A program made the translations under genes and the position numbers. Below, piece by piece: positions 1 through 14,812 of a stretch of DNA of 64,000 bases. The DNA is from Squalus acanthias (taxonomy: Eukaryota). The notes under the pieces are model-generated. The model was not told where the DNA came from, ran no database searches, and was given only the letters and a program-made list of their open reading frames with translations. The stretch lies in contig JASTWF010000363.1 in the NCBI GenBank assembly GCA_030390025.1, positions 310,001-374,000 of the forward strand. The letters run 5' to 3'. Each line of letters opens with the position of its first letter. Positions within the stretch are counted from its first letter, which is position 1.

Positions 1-757
1 ACTCTTATACTCTAATCCCTTTGTAACAAAAGCTAACATACCATTTGCTTTGCTAATTGCTTGCTGTACCTGCATGTTAACTTTCTGTAATTCATGTACA
101 AGGACACCCAGGTCTCCTGAGTGCAAACATTTCCCAGTCTTTCACCATTCAAAAAATATTCTGCTTTTTTGTTTTTCCTACCAAAGTGGATAACTTCACA
201 CTTCCATTTGCCATGTTCTTGTCCACTTAGTCAACCTGTCTATATCTCTCTGCAGCCTCTTTGCATCCTCCTCACAGCTTACTTTCCCACCTAACCTTGT
301 ATCATCAGCAAACTTGGATACGTTATATTCAGACCATTCATCTAAGTCATTAATATAGATTGTAAATAGCTGAGGCCCAAGCACTGATCCTTGCGGTACC
401 CCGCTAGTTACAGCCTGCCAACCCTAAAAAGTCCCGTTTATTCCTACTCTGTTTTCTGTCCATTAACCAATCCTCAATCCATGCTAATATATTACCCCCC
501 ATACCATGAGTCCTAATTTTCTGTAATAACCTCTTGTGTAGCACCTTATCGAATGCTTTTTGAAAATTCAAATACATCACATCAACTGGATCCCCCTTAT
601 CCATCCTACGAGTTACATCTTCAAAAACTCTAACAGATTTGTCAAACACTATTTCCCTTTCATAAAATCATGTTGACTCTGCCTAATATAATTTTCTAAG
701 TGCCCTGTTACCACGTCCCTAATAATAGATTCTAGCATTTTGCCTACTACTGATGTC
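1..757 (-). mobile_element. CR1 LINE ORF2 (reverse transcriptase) fragment, runs off the window edge
   Basis: Minus-strand ORFs with [24 protein letters not shown] and FQKAFDKV motifs, broken by frameshifts. Confidence 0.9.
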
Positions 758-2128
758 ATTATTTGCACAATGTTGGGTAATGTAGCATTGCCTAGAAATT
801 GAACAGCAACCTTTTTTATTGTAATAGCTTATTGAATTGACTTGAGCACCCTAATGTTCTCCTAGTCTTCAGATAGCTGAAGAATAAAAACTACATCCGA
901 CTGTATGATTTTAGGTATAAACTATAAATCGGATTTATTATAAATAACAATTAGACTGTAGTGGAAAATCAATACAGCAGATTTCACTTGATTTATAGAA
1001 TGTTTAACTTGCATCTCCTTGGTTATTCCAAAACCACACAATTACTGACACTCATAAACCTTTGTGACATTTCACCTTAACAATGGAGTCTTTTTAGGTA
1101 TTTGTCTCTATTTTGATAAATCTAGAAGAATTGTTGAGTTGACAGGACAACTGCGTAGGATATACCTCCTTACAACCATTCAAATTCAAAATACAAGATA
1201 ACAAAGGGCATCTTCTATAGCAGAATCAAGTTTATCAAAATAAAGCAATAGATCTCTAATGTGAGATAGCAGTCTGTTTTCATTGTCAGGCACTTACCTT
1301 AAATTCATAGATTTCAAGGCGAAGCACGCAATCTGTGCTCAGTGGTTTCTGTTTGCTTTGCAGTGAAAATGTATTTGTATAGGAAATAGTACCATTTGAA
1401 GTGACATTTTGCATACCATAGAATAATGTGTATCCTCTCCACCATGTAGAAAAAAGACACCAGAGACAGCTTGCCGTAATCACAGTTAAAGTGACTGACT
1501 ACATTTCATAAATAAATGGATACAAATGCTTGTAGGGTATATGTAGACTTATATTTGAAATGTGACAACTCTCTTTGTCACAATATGTTCTTAACACAGA
1601 ACATTTTGTAGAATGTTTGGAATTATCTGTTAAGCCAGATAATAGGCTCCAACATTGTGATTATTCAATATACAATTAGAAGCCATATTTGGAGTCTTAA
1701 TGTCCGAAAGGAATTATCATCAGTGGGTTGCATGGCCTTTTCTTATCCTGGCTCTCTTTTAATGTTCTTAGCTGCGATTCTTAATGTAGTTTGTGTATCT
1801 GGAGTCCTGGGTCATTTTTTTTTCAATTTTCCAGTAACTGACACATTGGCAGAATTTGCAGCCCTGGTTCATTGGTCGAGAAATTGAAATAGATTGTCTG
1901 CTAACTATGTTTGGGAGGACAATGAAATCTTTGACAATGTTCTTGTTACTTGATCGTGCATTATAAATAATTGATGTGTGTGGAAGACTCCTTAAATAAA
2001 CCTGTCATTGGGTGAATCTGACCACATAAGACAGAATTATTTTTTAAAGTTGAATGTCGTATGATCCTTGGGTTGACCATTTGAAATGTAGTACGTTCAG
2101 CATCTTTGTGGCATGTGCTCTGTATATA

Positions 2129-2352
2129 CAGTAAACTCTTTCGTATCCGGGACCGAGATGGTGCCGGTTGATTAAAAATTCCGGATAACAGAGGTAGGCA
2201 ATTTTTAACACACAAAAAATAAAAACCAGTGACTAACTCGGCCACCGCGGGAAACTCGGACTCGGAAAAACGAAAAATGGATGGATTTGGCGAGATTGCT
2301 GGTTATTAAAGAATTCCAGTTGATTAGGTGCCGTTTAAACGAGAGTTTACTG
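2129..2352. mobile_element. Tigger/pogo-type MITE
   Basis: Terminal inverted repeats (TIRs) CAGTAAACTCT / AGAGTTTACTG, TA on the left and TG on the right. Internal sequence matches the 16729-17092 element in reverse orientation. Confidence 0.75.
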
Positions 2353-3164
2353 TGCTCGAGTACAAATAATAAACTTAACAAATGAGATAGACTTGCCATG
2401 AATGAAAATGGTGTCGAATTTTACATCATGCCAACAAATAGAAGAAATAATGAGTTTTAAAAACTGTACAATTCTTACAAGCACTGAGCATTTGTGTTAC
2501 GCCATGTATAGAATAAAAATAGTTTTGTGAAAAACATTCTAGATAGCTTTTCTCACGGGGTAAGTAATGCAGACCATGGTATAGATGCTATATAGTATTT
2601 GTGTGTATATTAATTACATGAATTTCGAAGAGAATCTTTGGCTGCAACATAATTGATCATGGGCAATCTAAATGCTATTCAGTTTCACTTGCGTATCGCC
2701 TATCCATAGAATAATTTTGTGTCCCTATCCATTGATCTTGGCAAAATGTCCAGAGTGTCAGTAGTGGGCATAACAAACTTAATGGATTAAATTTCACAAT
2801 CACTGACAAGCAACCAATCATAAAAATAAATGGACACTCTCAAACATGCACAGTGCATTTCAGTAGCTCTTGAATTCCCATTCACAAAAAATGAACTAAT
2901 ATCATCCCTTTAAAAAGATGTGCGAAAGCCTTTAGACACCATGGTAGTTTTCCATTTTAGGGGCTGCCATGATGGATTCCCCAACCTGCCCTATTGCTTC
3001 ATATACCCTACATATCTTAACTGGTGCCCTTGTCACTATTGTGTACATCCCCTCTTTTAACAGCTTAAGTTTTACATTTTATTTCCTTTCCAGTTGTTGA
3101 CCGGCATTATTTCTGAATGTTTTTGAGGCCATTGTGCATGAGTGTTCTTTGAGCCACTAAATAG

Positions 3165-5613
3165 TTCAACTATCCTAATATAGACTGGGATAGTAATAGT
3201 GTAAAGCGCAGAGAGGAGAAAGAATTTCTGAAGTGTGTTCAGGAGAACTTTCTTGATCAGTATGTTTTCAGCCCAGCGAGGAAGGAGGCAATGCTGGATC
3301 TGGTTCTGGGGAATGAGGTAGGTCAAGTGGAGCAAATGTCAGTAGGTGAACATTTAGTGAACAGTGATCATAATATCATAAGGTTTAGACTAGCTATGGA
3401 AAAGGACAGGGAGCAATCTAGAGTAAAAATACTTAATTGGAGGAAAGCCATTTTCAGTGGGATGAGAACAGATCTGGCCCAGGTAAATTGGAATCAAAGA
3501 TTGGCAGGCAAAACTGTGATGGAACAATCGGCTGCCTTTAAAGAGGAAATCATTCGGATACAGTCACGGTATATTCCCACTAGGGGGAAAGGTAGGGCAA
3601 CTAAAGTCAGAGCTCCCTGGATGACAAAAGAGATAGAGAGTAAGATGAAGCAGAAAAGAGTGCGTATGACAGATGTCTGGTCGAGAATACAAGTGAGAAT
3701 CAGGCTAAATATAGAAAGTTCAGAGAAATGAAAAAGAAAATAAGGGGGGCAAAGAGAGGGTATGAGAATAGATTGGCAGCTAACATAAAAGGTAATCCAA
3801 AAGTCTTCTATAGGCATGTAAATAGTAAATGGATAGTAAGGGGAGGGGTGGGGCCAATTAGGGACCAAAAAGGAGACCTACGCATGGAGGCAGAGGGTAT
3901 GGCTGAGGTGCTAAATGAGTACTTTGCATCTGTCTTCACCAAGGAAGAAGATGCTGCCATAGACATAATGAAGGAGGAAGTAGAGGAGATACTGGATGGG
4001 ATAGAAATTGATAGAGGAGGTAATAGAAAGGCTGGCTGTTCTTAAAGTAGCTAAGTCACCAGGACCAGATGGAATGCATCCTAGGACACTGAGGGGAGTG
4101 AAGGAAGAAATCGCGGAGGTACTGGCCATAATATTCCAATCCTCCTTGGAAACGGGGCTGGTGCCAGAGGACTGGAGAATTGCAAATGTTACACCCTTGC
4201 TCAAAAAAGGGTGTAAAGATAAACCCAGCAACTACAGGCCAGTCAGTTTAACCTCGGTAGTGGGGAAGCTTTTAGAAACAATAATCAGGGACAAAATGAA
4301 CAGTCACGTGGATAGGTGTGGATTAATTAAGGAAAGCCAGCACAGATTTGTTGAAGGCAAATCGTGTTCAACCAACTTGATCGAGTTTTTTGATGAGGTA
4401 ACAGAGGGTTGATGAGGGCGATGCGGTTGACGTGGTGTACATGGATTTCCAAAAGCCGTTCGACAAAGTGCCACATAATAGCCTTGCCAGCAAAGTTGAA
4501 GCCCATGGAATAAAATGGACAGTGGCAGCATGGATACGAAATTGGCTAAGTGACAGGAAACAGAGAGTAGTGATGATTGGTTGTTTTTCGGACTGGAGGA
4601 AGGTATACAGTGGTGTTCCCCAGGGGTTGGTACTAGGCCCACTGCTTTTCTTGATCTATATTAATGACTTGGATGTGGGTGTACAGGGCACAATTTCAAA
4701 ATTTGCAGATGAGACAAAACTTGGAAGTATAATGGATAGTGATAGACTTCAAGAGGACATAGACAGGCTGGTGGAATGGGCGGACACGTAGCAGATGAAA
4801 TTTAATGCAGAAAATTGCGAAGTGATCTATTTTGGTAGAAAGAATGAAGAGAGGAAATATAAACTAAAGGGTACAATCCTAAAGGGGGTGCATGAACAGA
4901 GAGACCTGGGGGGGTATGTGCACAAATTGTTGAAGGTGGCAGGGCAGGTTGAGAAAGCAGTTAAAAAAACTTACGGGATCCTGGGCTTCATGAATAGAGG
5001 TATAGAGTACAAAAGCGTGGAAATTATGATGAACCTTTATAAAACACTGGTTCGGCCTCAACTGGAGTATTGTGTCCAATTCTGGGCACCGCACTTTTGG
5101 AAGGCTGTGAAGGCCTTCGAGAGGGTGCAGAAAAGATTTACGAGAATGATTCCAGGGATGAGGGACTTCAGTTTCGTGGATAGACTGGAGAAACTGGGGT
5201 TGTTCTCCTTAGAGCAGAGAAGATTGAGGAGAGATTTGATAGAGGTGTTCAAAATCATGAGGGATCTGGACAGAGTAGATAGAGAGAAACTGTTCCCATT
5301 GGCAGAAGGGTCAAGAACCAGAGGACACAGATTTAAGATGATTGGCAGAAGAACCAAAGGCGACACGAGGAAAAACTTTTTTACTCGGCGAGTGGTTAGG
5401 ATCTGGAATGCACTGCCTGAAAGGGTGGCGGAGGCAGACTCAACCACGGCTTTCAAAAGGGAGTTGGATAAGTACCTGAAGGAAAAAAATTTGTAGGGCT
5501 ACGGGGAAAGGGTGGGGGAGTGGGACTAGCTGAAGTGCTCTTGCAGAGAGCCAGCACGGGCTCGACGGGCCGAATGGCGTTCTTCCGTGCTGTAACCATT
5601 CTATGATTCTGTG
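3165..5613 (+). mobile_element. 5'-truncated CR1 LINE (end of endonuclease, RT, 3' UTR), inactivated
   Basis: Consecutive ORFs 3291-5496 (LDLVLGNE, KSPGPDGMHPR, NYRPVSLTSVVGK, GVPQGLVLGP, KFADETKLG); ends in the CR1-type ATTCTATG-ATTCTGTG tail. Confidence 0.95.
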
Positions 5614-6983
5614 GACCGGCAAAATCTTGTGTGTGTGGTATACTGTGTTGCTTTTTGCTCCTCAGTGATGTGTTCAACACTTACACTGATAAGCTAAAGG
5701 TGGAGGAAATAAGATTATGGAGGACAGCAAAAAAAACCAGCAAGACTGAAGAGACAAATGAGAGCAAAAAGTTAAAGGAGGAAAACAGTCAATAGAAGTG
5801 AGCAAGAAAATTCAGAATAAATTCGCAGATTTTAAAAGATTGTAAAGAAATAATGAAAACAAAAAGGTAAGTATAAACACAGAGCCAAAAATCAGCAAAG
5901 AAGTACAAGCAAGTAAAAACATTGAGGAGAAGTGCGAAAAAGAACGTAAGGCTGCACTAGCACTGCTACATTTATATTGATGCAAAATGATTTTAGGTCC
6001 CTCCCCCTTGGAGCCTGCCTTATACTACTTGAGATTGATGTCAGTTGGACTATAACTCCAGGTTGTGTGACTCCATTATTTTTCTTTAAATGTCTTTTGT
6101 TTTCTTCCTTATTGGCTGTATTTTCTTCAGTTACAATTTCAGGAAGTACTCTAGAGAGGTGCCTAATTTGGGGGTACAGCCAATGTTACTTAACAGCAGA
6201 CCCTGAGTTCCAGCACCTCTTAGCATTCCATGACAAAAATCAAACTCCTCCTGGTTATGGACAGCTATAATATTTTGGAATTTTTTGCTATATAGCCTGG
6301 AAGGGATTTTGTTTTTATTCATATTATGGGTCAGATTCAGATTACAACACGTTAACTCTGAAAGATACAGAAGACATTTAAATAGTGATTGGTATGGTTT
6401 TGGGGCATGTGGAAGACAGCGAGTAGGGAGAAGACCCCAGATGGAACAGCCACCAAATTGTGTACTTGTGCATTTGCCAACAGATTGAAGACGATGGAAA
6501 GTTATTGAGTATATTCCATAGCAGTTCTCACCTGGTGCTAGTGGTTTTCATTTGTTGTGCCTATTAGGGAGTTTGGTTGAAGAAGGCATACAGATGTTGC
6601 CATCCACCAAACCAAAGGGGAAGTGCCTTTTCAATTACATGGCAGTTTTTTTGGGAGCTTGGACCAATCCTTGACATTCACAGTTGATGGAGTCAAATAA
6701 TAGTCTTGTCTTTCTCTCTAGCTTCCTCTTTTCCCCTGCCAGAGATGGAATCTAATATGAGGAGATCTCTCTCTCTCTCTCGTCAATCAGGGAGACTGAA
6801 ACACTCCAGGCCTAAGTATGATTATGGCAGAGGAAGTCAGCTGCTGGTCAGCTAACAAGAATTTAGTCTATAATAGTGGCAGAGTCATGCATTTTGTTTT
6901 TTGTGATGGGGTGCAGGTAGGGAACGGATTGAATTAAACTGTGAACTCTGTGTTCTATTCATTCATATATGTCATGTAACAAA

Positions 6984-8309
6984 CAGTGAAACCTGTACAA
7001 ACTAACACCTGCAAAAAACGGACACTTACCGACAGCCCCAAATAACTTTTATTGTAATAGCTACAAACTGTACCTTGAAACCAAGGACGCTCACAAATTA
7101 CAAACTACGGACAGCATTCAATGTACCAAGTCTGTTTACAACTTAAAACACTGGATATGCAGCTAGGTGTGAGGCAGCAGCGGTGAGGAAATGGCTTTTG
7201 TGTAATGGAGATCCCTTTACCCAGCATGCGTAGCGGCAGAGAAACCGCTGTATCTCTGGGATTGAATGCTTGCAAAGCTTTATCACGGAGATAGAGGGAT
7301 TTCTGTGCCGCTATGGATGCTGGGTAAAGAGAACTCCTTTAGACCAATGCCGGGAACTGCCAGTTGAGGGCGAGAGGGGACAAATGAAGAGTTGGTAATC
7401 GGGGGACCTGAAATCGCTCGGGGTGGGGGAGGGGGGCTAATATCAGGGGAGGCTCAAGAGTTGGGCGGGGAGAGGGACACTAGGGAATGCGGGGGAGGGG
7501 AGGGAGAAGGGACTTGGGAGAAGGAGATTAGAGAATGGGGGCTGATGGGGAAAATGGTTTCCCCTTTTCCCTGCCCTCAATTTCCCCATTTCGCCTGCTC
7601 ACGGGTGGCCTCCTGGTTCTTGGAACTTCTCGCACAACAACTGCTGGCACAAAACCACAAATAAAGATTCTCAACTACAGGCGCCCCAACCTTTTATAAG
7701 GTAAATCCAATAATATTTGTAGCAGTCACATGATCCTTTGTCTGTGATCAAACCTCCAGGAATGCCTCCAACCAGAGTTGGCAACCCTACTGCACCAGTA
7801 TGTCAGGTACTGATGTGCTGCTAACAGCCCCCTACCCAACCCCCAACACTTCAAACATTATCAGCTTCAGTACATGGAGGGAGGGTATCCCGCACAGCGG
7901 TCTGCAGGGCATTAATTCCAACCCCCCCCCTGGCCTCCCAACTTGGCTCTCCCAGGCGCTTTGGCCCTACAGCAGCCACCTTGCCCTGTGTAGGCTGCCA
8001 AGGTAACATATCCCAGGATCAGGACAGCCCTCCCACAATGGAAAAGGATCCTGGGTTGGCAATGAACTCAGAAACCCAACAAACAGAAAATGAACTGAAA
8101 TCGCATCCTGCTGGCAGGGCTCCAGAATTAGGCACGATCCCAGGTGAGGGTGAAACAAAAGGAATGCTGCAGGAGATACAGCCAATCTTGTAATATTTGG
8201 CTCATCGGTTTATTGTACATACAATGACCATTTTGAAAGTAAGGACACCTGCAAATAAAGGACATTTGATGCAAGTCCCTTGGGTATCCCTAATTTACAG
8301 GTTTCACTG
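6984..8309. mobile_element. Non-autonomous Tigger/pogo-type DNA element (~1.3 kb)
   Basis: 14-bp TIRs CAGTGAAACCTGTA / TACAGGTTTCACTG, TA on the right and AA on the left; subterminal ACACCTGCAAA..A.GGACA motif near both ends. Confidence 0.65.
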
Positions 8310-11300
8310 TAATTAGGTTTGTTGGTTTATAATCATGCCTTGTTTCACTAGGGTGCTTTTCAGTCCATCTTCCGTGAAGACAGATGAACGCACGTGGTGG
8401 CGCGTGCAAGATCTTAGTGTTCGGTACACATAAGGGGTCTGTGCTATGAGCCTCTGGCCACGCTATGGTTTAAGTAGATGTTGATCAGTAATGATGTGCT
8501 CCTGATCGTTGGGCACGAGGTCTGTTAATGGGAGTGACCAGTGACGCTCAGTCAAGAGAGTATCTACTGGAGAACCATGAAATTTGTAACAACTGCCCAC
8601 GAGCTAAGCCATGAGAGATCAACTAGTGTATTTACTTTTTTTTTAAAAACTTTTTTGATCAGATGTTTTCTATTGGCGCAATCAATCCAAGCCATTGATG
8701 GAGTAATGACTAAAATGATCAAATGTGTATGGTGGAAATTGCAGCCAAAAATTTTGGGGGTCTTCCAACTTGGAGATCAGAGATTGAATCTACATTTGAT
8801 TGTTATTCAAACTTAAGTTTCTAGTATTTCCAAAAGGGACTGTTATTTTACCTTGCTTGTTAGAAAGCATTTCAAACTGGGGGAGAGAGAGAGTCAGTGT
8901 CTTTCCTCTTTCTAATTGTTTTATTAAAAGAATGAATTGAAGTTCTAAGTCAAAAATGCTCGCATTATCATCACCTGTACTTTGATAGTTCGAAAATGGA
9001 AGCCTCCTGGTTTCTTCATCAAGAAACTGTTCTCCTTGATCCTTGATCTTGACCCTGCAGCCACCCCTCCTACAGTAAGTGAGACCTGTGCTGTCTGAGA
9101 TCAGATGGAAAATGGAGGGGGTGAGACCGAGGGAGGAGAGCTGGGGTCTTGCAGCTGTAGGATGCAGTCAGACTGGGGATGGGTGGGTATAGGAGACCAT
9201 GGCTCTTTGGCTGGGACACCCCCACCCCACCATTTCCTGTGCTGCTAGAAACTGCAACACGATCTAGTGCTGCTGAACCCCAGGCTCTCTGGTGTCTGCA
9301 GACTTCGCGCCTCCACCCCCCCCCCCCCCCCAAAAAAAACTTCTGCTGTCACAGACTGCACAACACTTCCCCTTTCCTCTGCTGTTACGTCCACCAGTTT
9401 GACAAAAGTGCAGCAGTTATGTCTATATTACTTTATTGGATTCTTTCTTGCTGAACACAACATCTGCAGGGTTGTTGGTCACTGCTTTCTGTTCCTGCAA
9501 ATTGTATGGATTATGCATTACTGTCTGACTAATGTTACACCTCAGGAAAAGGTAGAGTTCAGAAAGGCCTTGGTCTGCATGGTTTCATTGTTGTCATTAT
9601 ATTTGAATGGGCACCCATCTATCGGGTCATTCAGAGTTTGACACAGATCAGTGAATCAAGACATTGCAGTCTGCTCAATTAGTCAGCATAAGACTTTGGT
9701 TGGGTACATTGAGGTGAAGAAATATCTTTGAACTTTGCCATAAATGGCAAATATATTTGTGAACAATCATGCTAGGTAATTGACAAGCTGTGAATCATTT
9801 GATTCTATGTAATTATGAGAGATAGAATTGTCTAATGACATTTCTTACAGTATATCTTTAAATTATATGTGTCTGAGTTACCGGTAATCAGCAGTCGGTC
9901 TGAAGCCAGCAGAGGGACTGAGCTAAATCAATGATATTGTACTAGTATTTTGCCACTTAAGTCAGCGACCATGTTTCAAGGATCACTCTTAATTGTTAAG
10001 AGGCTTATAGCCTTGCTTTGATGTATTCTTCAGCTTACCAAAGACGAAGAGATCACTTGCTGCACGTGATCCATTCCAGTAAGCTAGAATACAATGGCAA
10101 GGGTTCTCCGTTCGATCCCTGAGTCTCGCTACATATACTTAGTTATTGGGGAGATAATTAGTTGCTTGATTCACATGGAATCTGAAATGGGTTCAGCATC
10201 AATGACCGACCATTCCTGTAAACCAAAGTAGGTTTTTATGCTAGATATACCAACACCCAGGTCCCTGCTCCCAGCACTGCCAAACCCCAGGCTCCCATGC
10301 TTCCAGACCTTGGACCTTGTCCCACTGTAGCCAGACCTCAGGCACACCCAATTGAGCCAAACTCCACATTTGAACCCCATATCTGTCGAAGGTTAGATTA
10401 TGCTCTGCAATGTTGCTGAGCTCCAGGACCAACTGCACCTCCTCATTTCGCCATGGTGCCACTAACATTATGACTGTCCTCTCTGTTACAAAACCTCAGC
10501 ACCTCAACCACAGCCCTGGCTAACCATAGGATCATTGCCCCCAGCTCTACCAAATTCCCAAACCATTACCATACCCCTGCAATACTAGACTTATGCCCTC
10601 ACCCCCCCCAAGATATGTTCCTGAATGCTGGGAACCTACCTCCAGTCTAGTATATCTTGCATACCATTTTTTTGTGTGTTGTGTGTTTTTTTTTAAAAGA
10701 TAAAAATTGAATACTTGGGTAAGGGAACAAGTGTATGCTCCATCTCACTCTGAACAACTCTACAGGAAATCCACTCTATGTTTAATCAGTGTATCTCTTG
10801 TGACTTATATGCTTTTTTACAATGAACAAAGTGTTATACCATGTGATGCACAATGCATTATCTTGCTAGTAATGTTGAACTGTCTTAAGACCACAACGTC
10901 TGGTTCTTAACCAGAGCTTCCAGTTGGTCAAAGTTTAATTGTTTAGTCAGGGAACTTTGCAAATTGTAATGCAGACTCAAACATCTACTGAGCGTGAATG
11001 TGAGCCAATCATATAACTCAAAGTTCTTTAGCATTAAAATTGTCAGCCATTTTTTTCCCCCACAACCTTCGACAATGAGCTTCCAATAAAGTATCTAACA
11101 AAAACATACAGGATTACAATTTTTACAATATCATGAATAAATTTGCCTATAAATTTTGTGTCTGAGTATATTAATTGAGGATTTTACTGGAAGGCTCTGT
11201 GTCTCTCAAAGGCCTGAGCCTGAAATACATAATTTCCTCAGTTACCTCTAACAGCTGATGGAAGATAACTGTCTAAGATTATTTTCTTTTATTTTTCTCA

Positions 11301-11579
11301 GTGGAAAAATTGATTTGTGCTTTTTCTTCGGTGATTGCCATAATTTTCTTTTTAAATTACTGTTAACATACCTGGAAGATGAATTTTGATTATTCTGTTG
11401 ATCTTTTCTGACTGGTTTGTCAATCATGACTAGCTCTCCTGTCTTCATTTTAGCTCTAAATGTAATTCAAGATCTTTCCCGAGTTGAATCAACATTCACA
11501 GTGCCACCACTTGTTTTAATGTCACACAGCTCTGTAGCAGTTCAGTGGAAAACCCATAAATATTATGGGGAGATTTAGT

Positions 11580-11820
11580 TGAGTTGTTATGAGGGGGTTG
11601 GATAGAGTAAATAAGGAGAAACTGGCGGGTGGGTCAGTACCCAGAGGGAACAGATTTAAGATGATTGGCAAAAGAACTAGAGGGGAGCTGTGGAGAATTT
11701 ATTTTCCGCAGTGAATTATTATGGCTTAGAATGCACTGCCTGAAAGGGTGGTGGAAGCAGGCTCAATAGTAACTTTTAAAAAGGGAATCAAAAAGGAAAA
11801 AATTGCTATATGATTCTGTG
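11580..11820 (+). mobile_element. CR1 LINE 3' fragment
   Basis: Similar to 5250-5480; ends in ATGATTCTGTG. Confidence 0.8.
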
Positions 11821-12067
11821 TATGCGGTAGTCAAAGTTTTTTTTGCATAAAAAATTGAGAACCATGTAAACTACACGCTTTGGACTTTTACCTGAATTAA
11901 CAAAGTTTTATGACTTTAAAGCTAGACTGGCTAATCATAGATGACTCACTGTAGTAATTCCGTCATGCTGCTAAATCCCACAAACCTCCCACTCTTACCT
12001 TTTTTGATATTTGTCTTTGGGATGTGGGTGATGTTGGCATGGCTACATTTCTTTTTCCCCCATCCAG

Positions 12068-12190
12068 CTCTGTCTCAGTGGGTAGCGCTCTCTCCTCTGA
12101 GTCAGAAGGTTTTGGATTCAAGTCCCCCTCCAGAGACTTGAGCACAAAATCTAGGCTGACACTCCAGTGCAGTACTGAGGGTGTATCTTT
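12068..12190 (+). mobile_element. tRNA-derived head of a Deu-domain SINE (SacSINE1-like), 5' part
   Basis: A-box-like CTCAGTGGGTAG and B-box GGATTCAAGTCCC; continues at 14813 after a CR1 insertion. Confidence 0.75.
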
Positions 12191-14812
12191 AACATAAGAA
12201 ATGGGAGCAGGAATAGGCCATTTGGTCCTTCGACTCTGCTCCGCCATTCAGTAAGATCATGGCTGATCATCTACCTCATCTCCACTTTCCTGCACTATCC
12301 CCATATCCCTTGATTCCCTTAATATTCAAAAATCTATCGATCTCTGTCTTGAATATACTCAACGACTGAGCCTCCACAGCCCTCTGGGGTAGAGAATTCT
12401 AAAGATTCACCACCCTCTGAGTGAAGACATTTCTCCTCATCTCAGTCCTAAATGGCTGACCCCTTATTCTGAGACTGTGATCCCTGGTTCTAGACTCCCC
12501 AGCCGGGGGAAACATCCTCCCTGCATCTACCCTGTCAAGAATTTTGTATGTTTCAATGAGATCACCTCTCATTCTTCTAAACTGTAGAGAATATAGGCCT
12601 AGTCTACTCATTCTCTCATAGGACAATCCCCCCATCCCAGGAACCAGTCTGGTGAACCTTTGTTGCACTCCCTCTATGGCAAGTATATCCTTCCTTTGGT
12701 AAGGAGACCAAAACTGTACACAATACTCCAGGTGTGGTATCACCAGGGCCCTATATAATTGCAGTAAGACGTCTTTACTCTTGTACTCAAATCCTCTTGT
12801 AATAAAGGCCAACACACCATTTGCTTTCCTAATTGCTTGCTGTACCTGCATGTTAACTTTCAGTGATTCGTGTACAAGGACACCCAGGTCCCTCTGAACA
12901 CCAACATTTCCCAATCTCTCTCCATTTAAAAAAAATACTCTGCTTTTCTATTTTTCCAACTGAAGTGGATAACTTCACATTTCTCCACAGTATATTCCAT
13001 TTGCCATGTTCCTGCCCACTCACTTAGCCTGTCTATATCCCCGTGAAGCCTACTTGCATCCTCCTTACAACTTACATTCCCACCCAGCTTTGTAACAGCA
13101 GCAAACTTGGATATATTACATTTGGTCCCCTCATCCAAATCATTGATGTGGATTGTGAATAGCTGAGGCCCAAGCACTGATCCTCGCAGTACCCCACTAG
13201 TTACAGCCTGCCAACCTGAAAATGACCCGTTTATTCCTACTCTGTTTTCTGTTCGTTAACCAATCCTCAATCCATGCTGGTATATTACCCCCAATCCCAG
13301 GAGCCCTAATTTTGTTTAATTACCTCTTATGTGGCACCTTATTGAATACTTTCTGACAATCCAAATACATCACATCCACTGGTTTCCCCCTTATCTATTC
13401 TGCTAGTTACAACCTCAAAAAATTCTAACATCTGTCAAACATGATTTCCCTTTCATAAATCCGTGTTGACTCTGCCCAATCCTATTATTATTTTCTAAGT
13501 GCCCTGTTACCACGTTCTTAATAGATTCTAGCATTTTCCCTACTACTGATGTCAAGCTAACTGGTCTGCAGTTCCCCGTTTTCTCTCTCCCTCCTTTCTT
13601 AAATAGTGGGGTTACATTTACTACCTTCCAATCCGTGGGAACTGTTCTGGAATCTATGGAATTTTGGAAAACGACAACCACTATCTCTAGCCACCTCTTT
13701 CAAAACCCTAGGATGTAGGCAATCAGGTCATGGGGATTTTTCTGCTTTCAGTCCCATTAATTTCTCCAGTATTTTTTTTACTAATTTCTTTCAGTTCCTC
13801 ATTCTCGCTAGAGGCTTGGTTCTCCACTATTTCTGGGAAGCTTTTTGCGTCTTCCATGAAGACAGATACAAAGTATTTGTTTAATTTCTCTGCCATTTCC
13901 TTATTCCCCATTATAATTCCTCCTGTCTCAGCCTGTAAGGGACCCACATTTACTTTCGCTAATCTTTTCCTTTTTACATACCTATAGAAACTTTTAGTCT
14001 GTTCTTATGTCTCTCGCTAGTTTACTCTCATTCTATTTTCCTTTTCTTTACCAATTTCTTGGTCCTCCTTTGCTGAATTCTAAAACTCGCCCAATCCTCA
14101 GGCTTGCTACTCTTTTTGGCAACATTATAAGCCTCTTCCTTTGATCTAATACTATCTTTAACTTGTTAGCCACGGTTGGGCCACTTTTCCTGTGGGGGGG
14201 GTTTTGTGCCTTAATACATAATTTACAACAACATTCCTTTAATTCTTTAAATGCTAGCCATTGCTTCTCTACCGTCATACCTTTTAATGTAGTTTCCCAA
14301 TCTAGCTTAACCAACTCGCCCCTCATATCTACGTAGTTTGCTTTGTTTAAATTTAAGACCCTAGTTTCATATTTAACTAAATCACTTTCAAACTCAATAT
14401 AAAATTTAATCATATTCTGGTCACTCTTCCCTAAAGGCCCGTTTACTACAAGGTTATTAATTAACCCTTTCTCGTTGCACAATACTAGATCTAAAATAGC
14501 CTGTTCCCTAGTTGGTTCCTCAACATACTGATCTAGAAAACTATCTTGCATACTTTCCATGAATTCGTCCTCCATACTATTACTGCAAATTTGGTTTGCC
14601 CAGTCTATATGTAGATTAAAGTCCCCCATGATTGCTGTATTACCCTTGCTACATGCGCCTCTAATTTCCTGATTTATACTCTGCCCTACATTACAACTAC
14701 TGTTTGGGGGCCTATAAACAACTCTCCAATGTTTTCTGCCCCTTGCTGTTTCTTGGCTCCACCCAAACTGATTCTACTACTTGATTTTCAGAGCTAAGAT
14801 CCTTTCTCTCTA
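12191..14812 (-). mobile_element. 5'-truncated CR1 LINE nested inside a SINE
   Basis: Minus-strand ORFs from MGDFNLHIDW (endonuclease) through RT to FRTEMRRNVFTQRVVNL; 3' UTR ends at 12191. Confidence 0.95.

Noticed and set aside
3291..5496. Cluster of long ORFs resembling a reverse-transcriptase operon (retron or DGR-like)
   Set aside because: They are consecutive frameshifted pieces of one CR1 ORF2 with a CR1 3' tail.
8370..8630. CpG-containing segment considered as an intronic snoRNA
   Set aside because: No convincing terminal C/D box pair with closing stem, or H/ACA double hairpin, could be established by eye; more likely an old repeat.
12068..12140. tRNA gene
   Set aside because: A/B boxes run directly into SINE body sequence and no complete cloverleaf is apparent.
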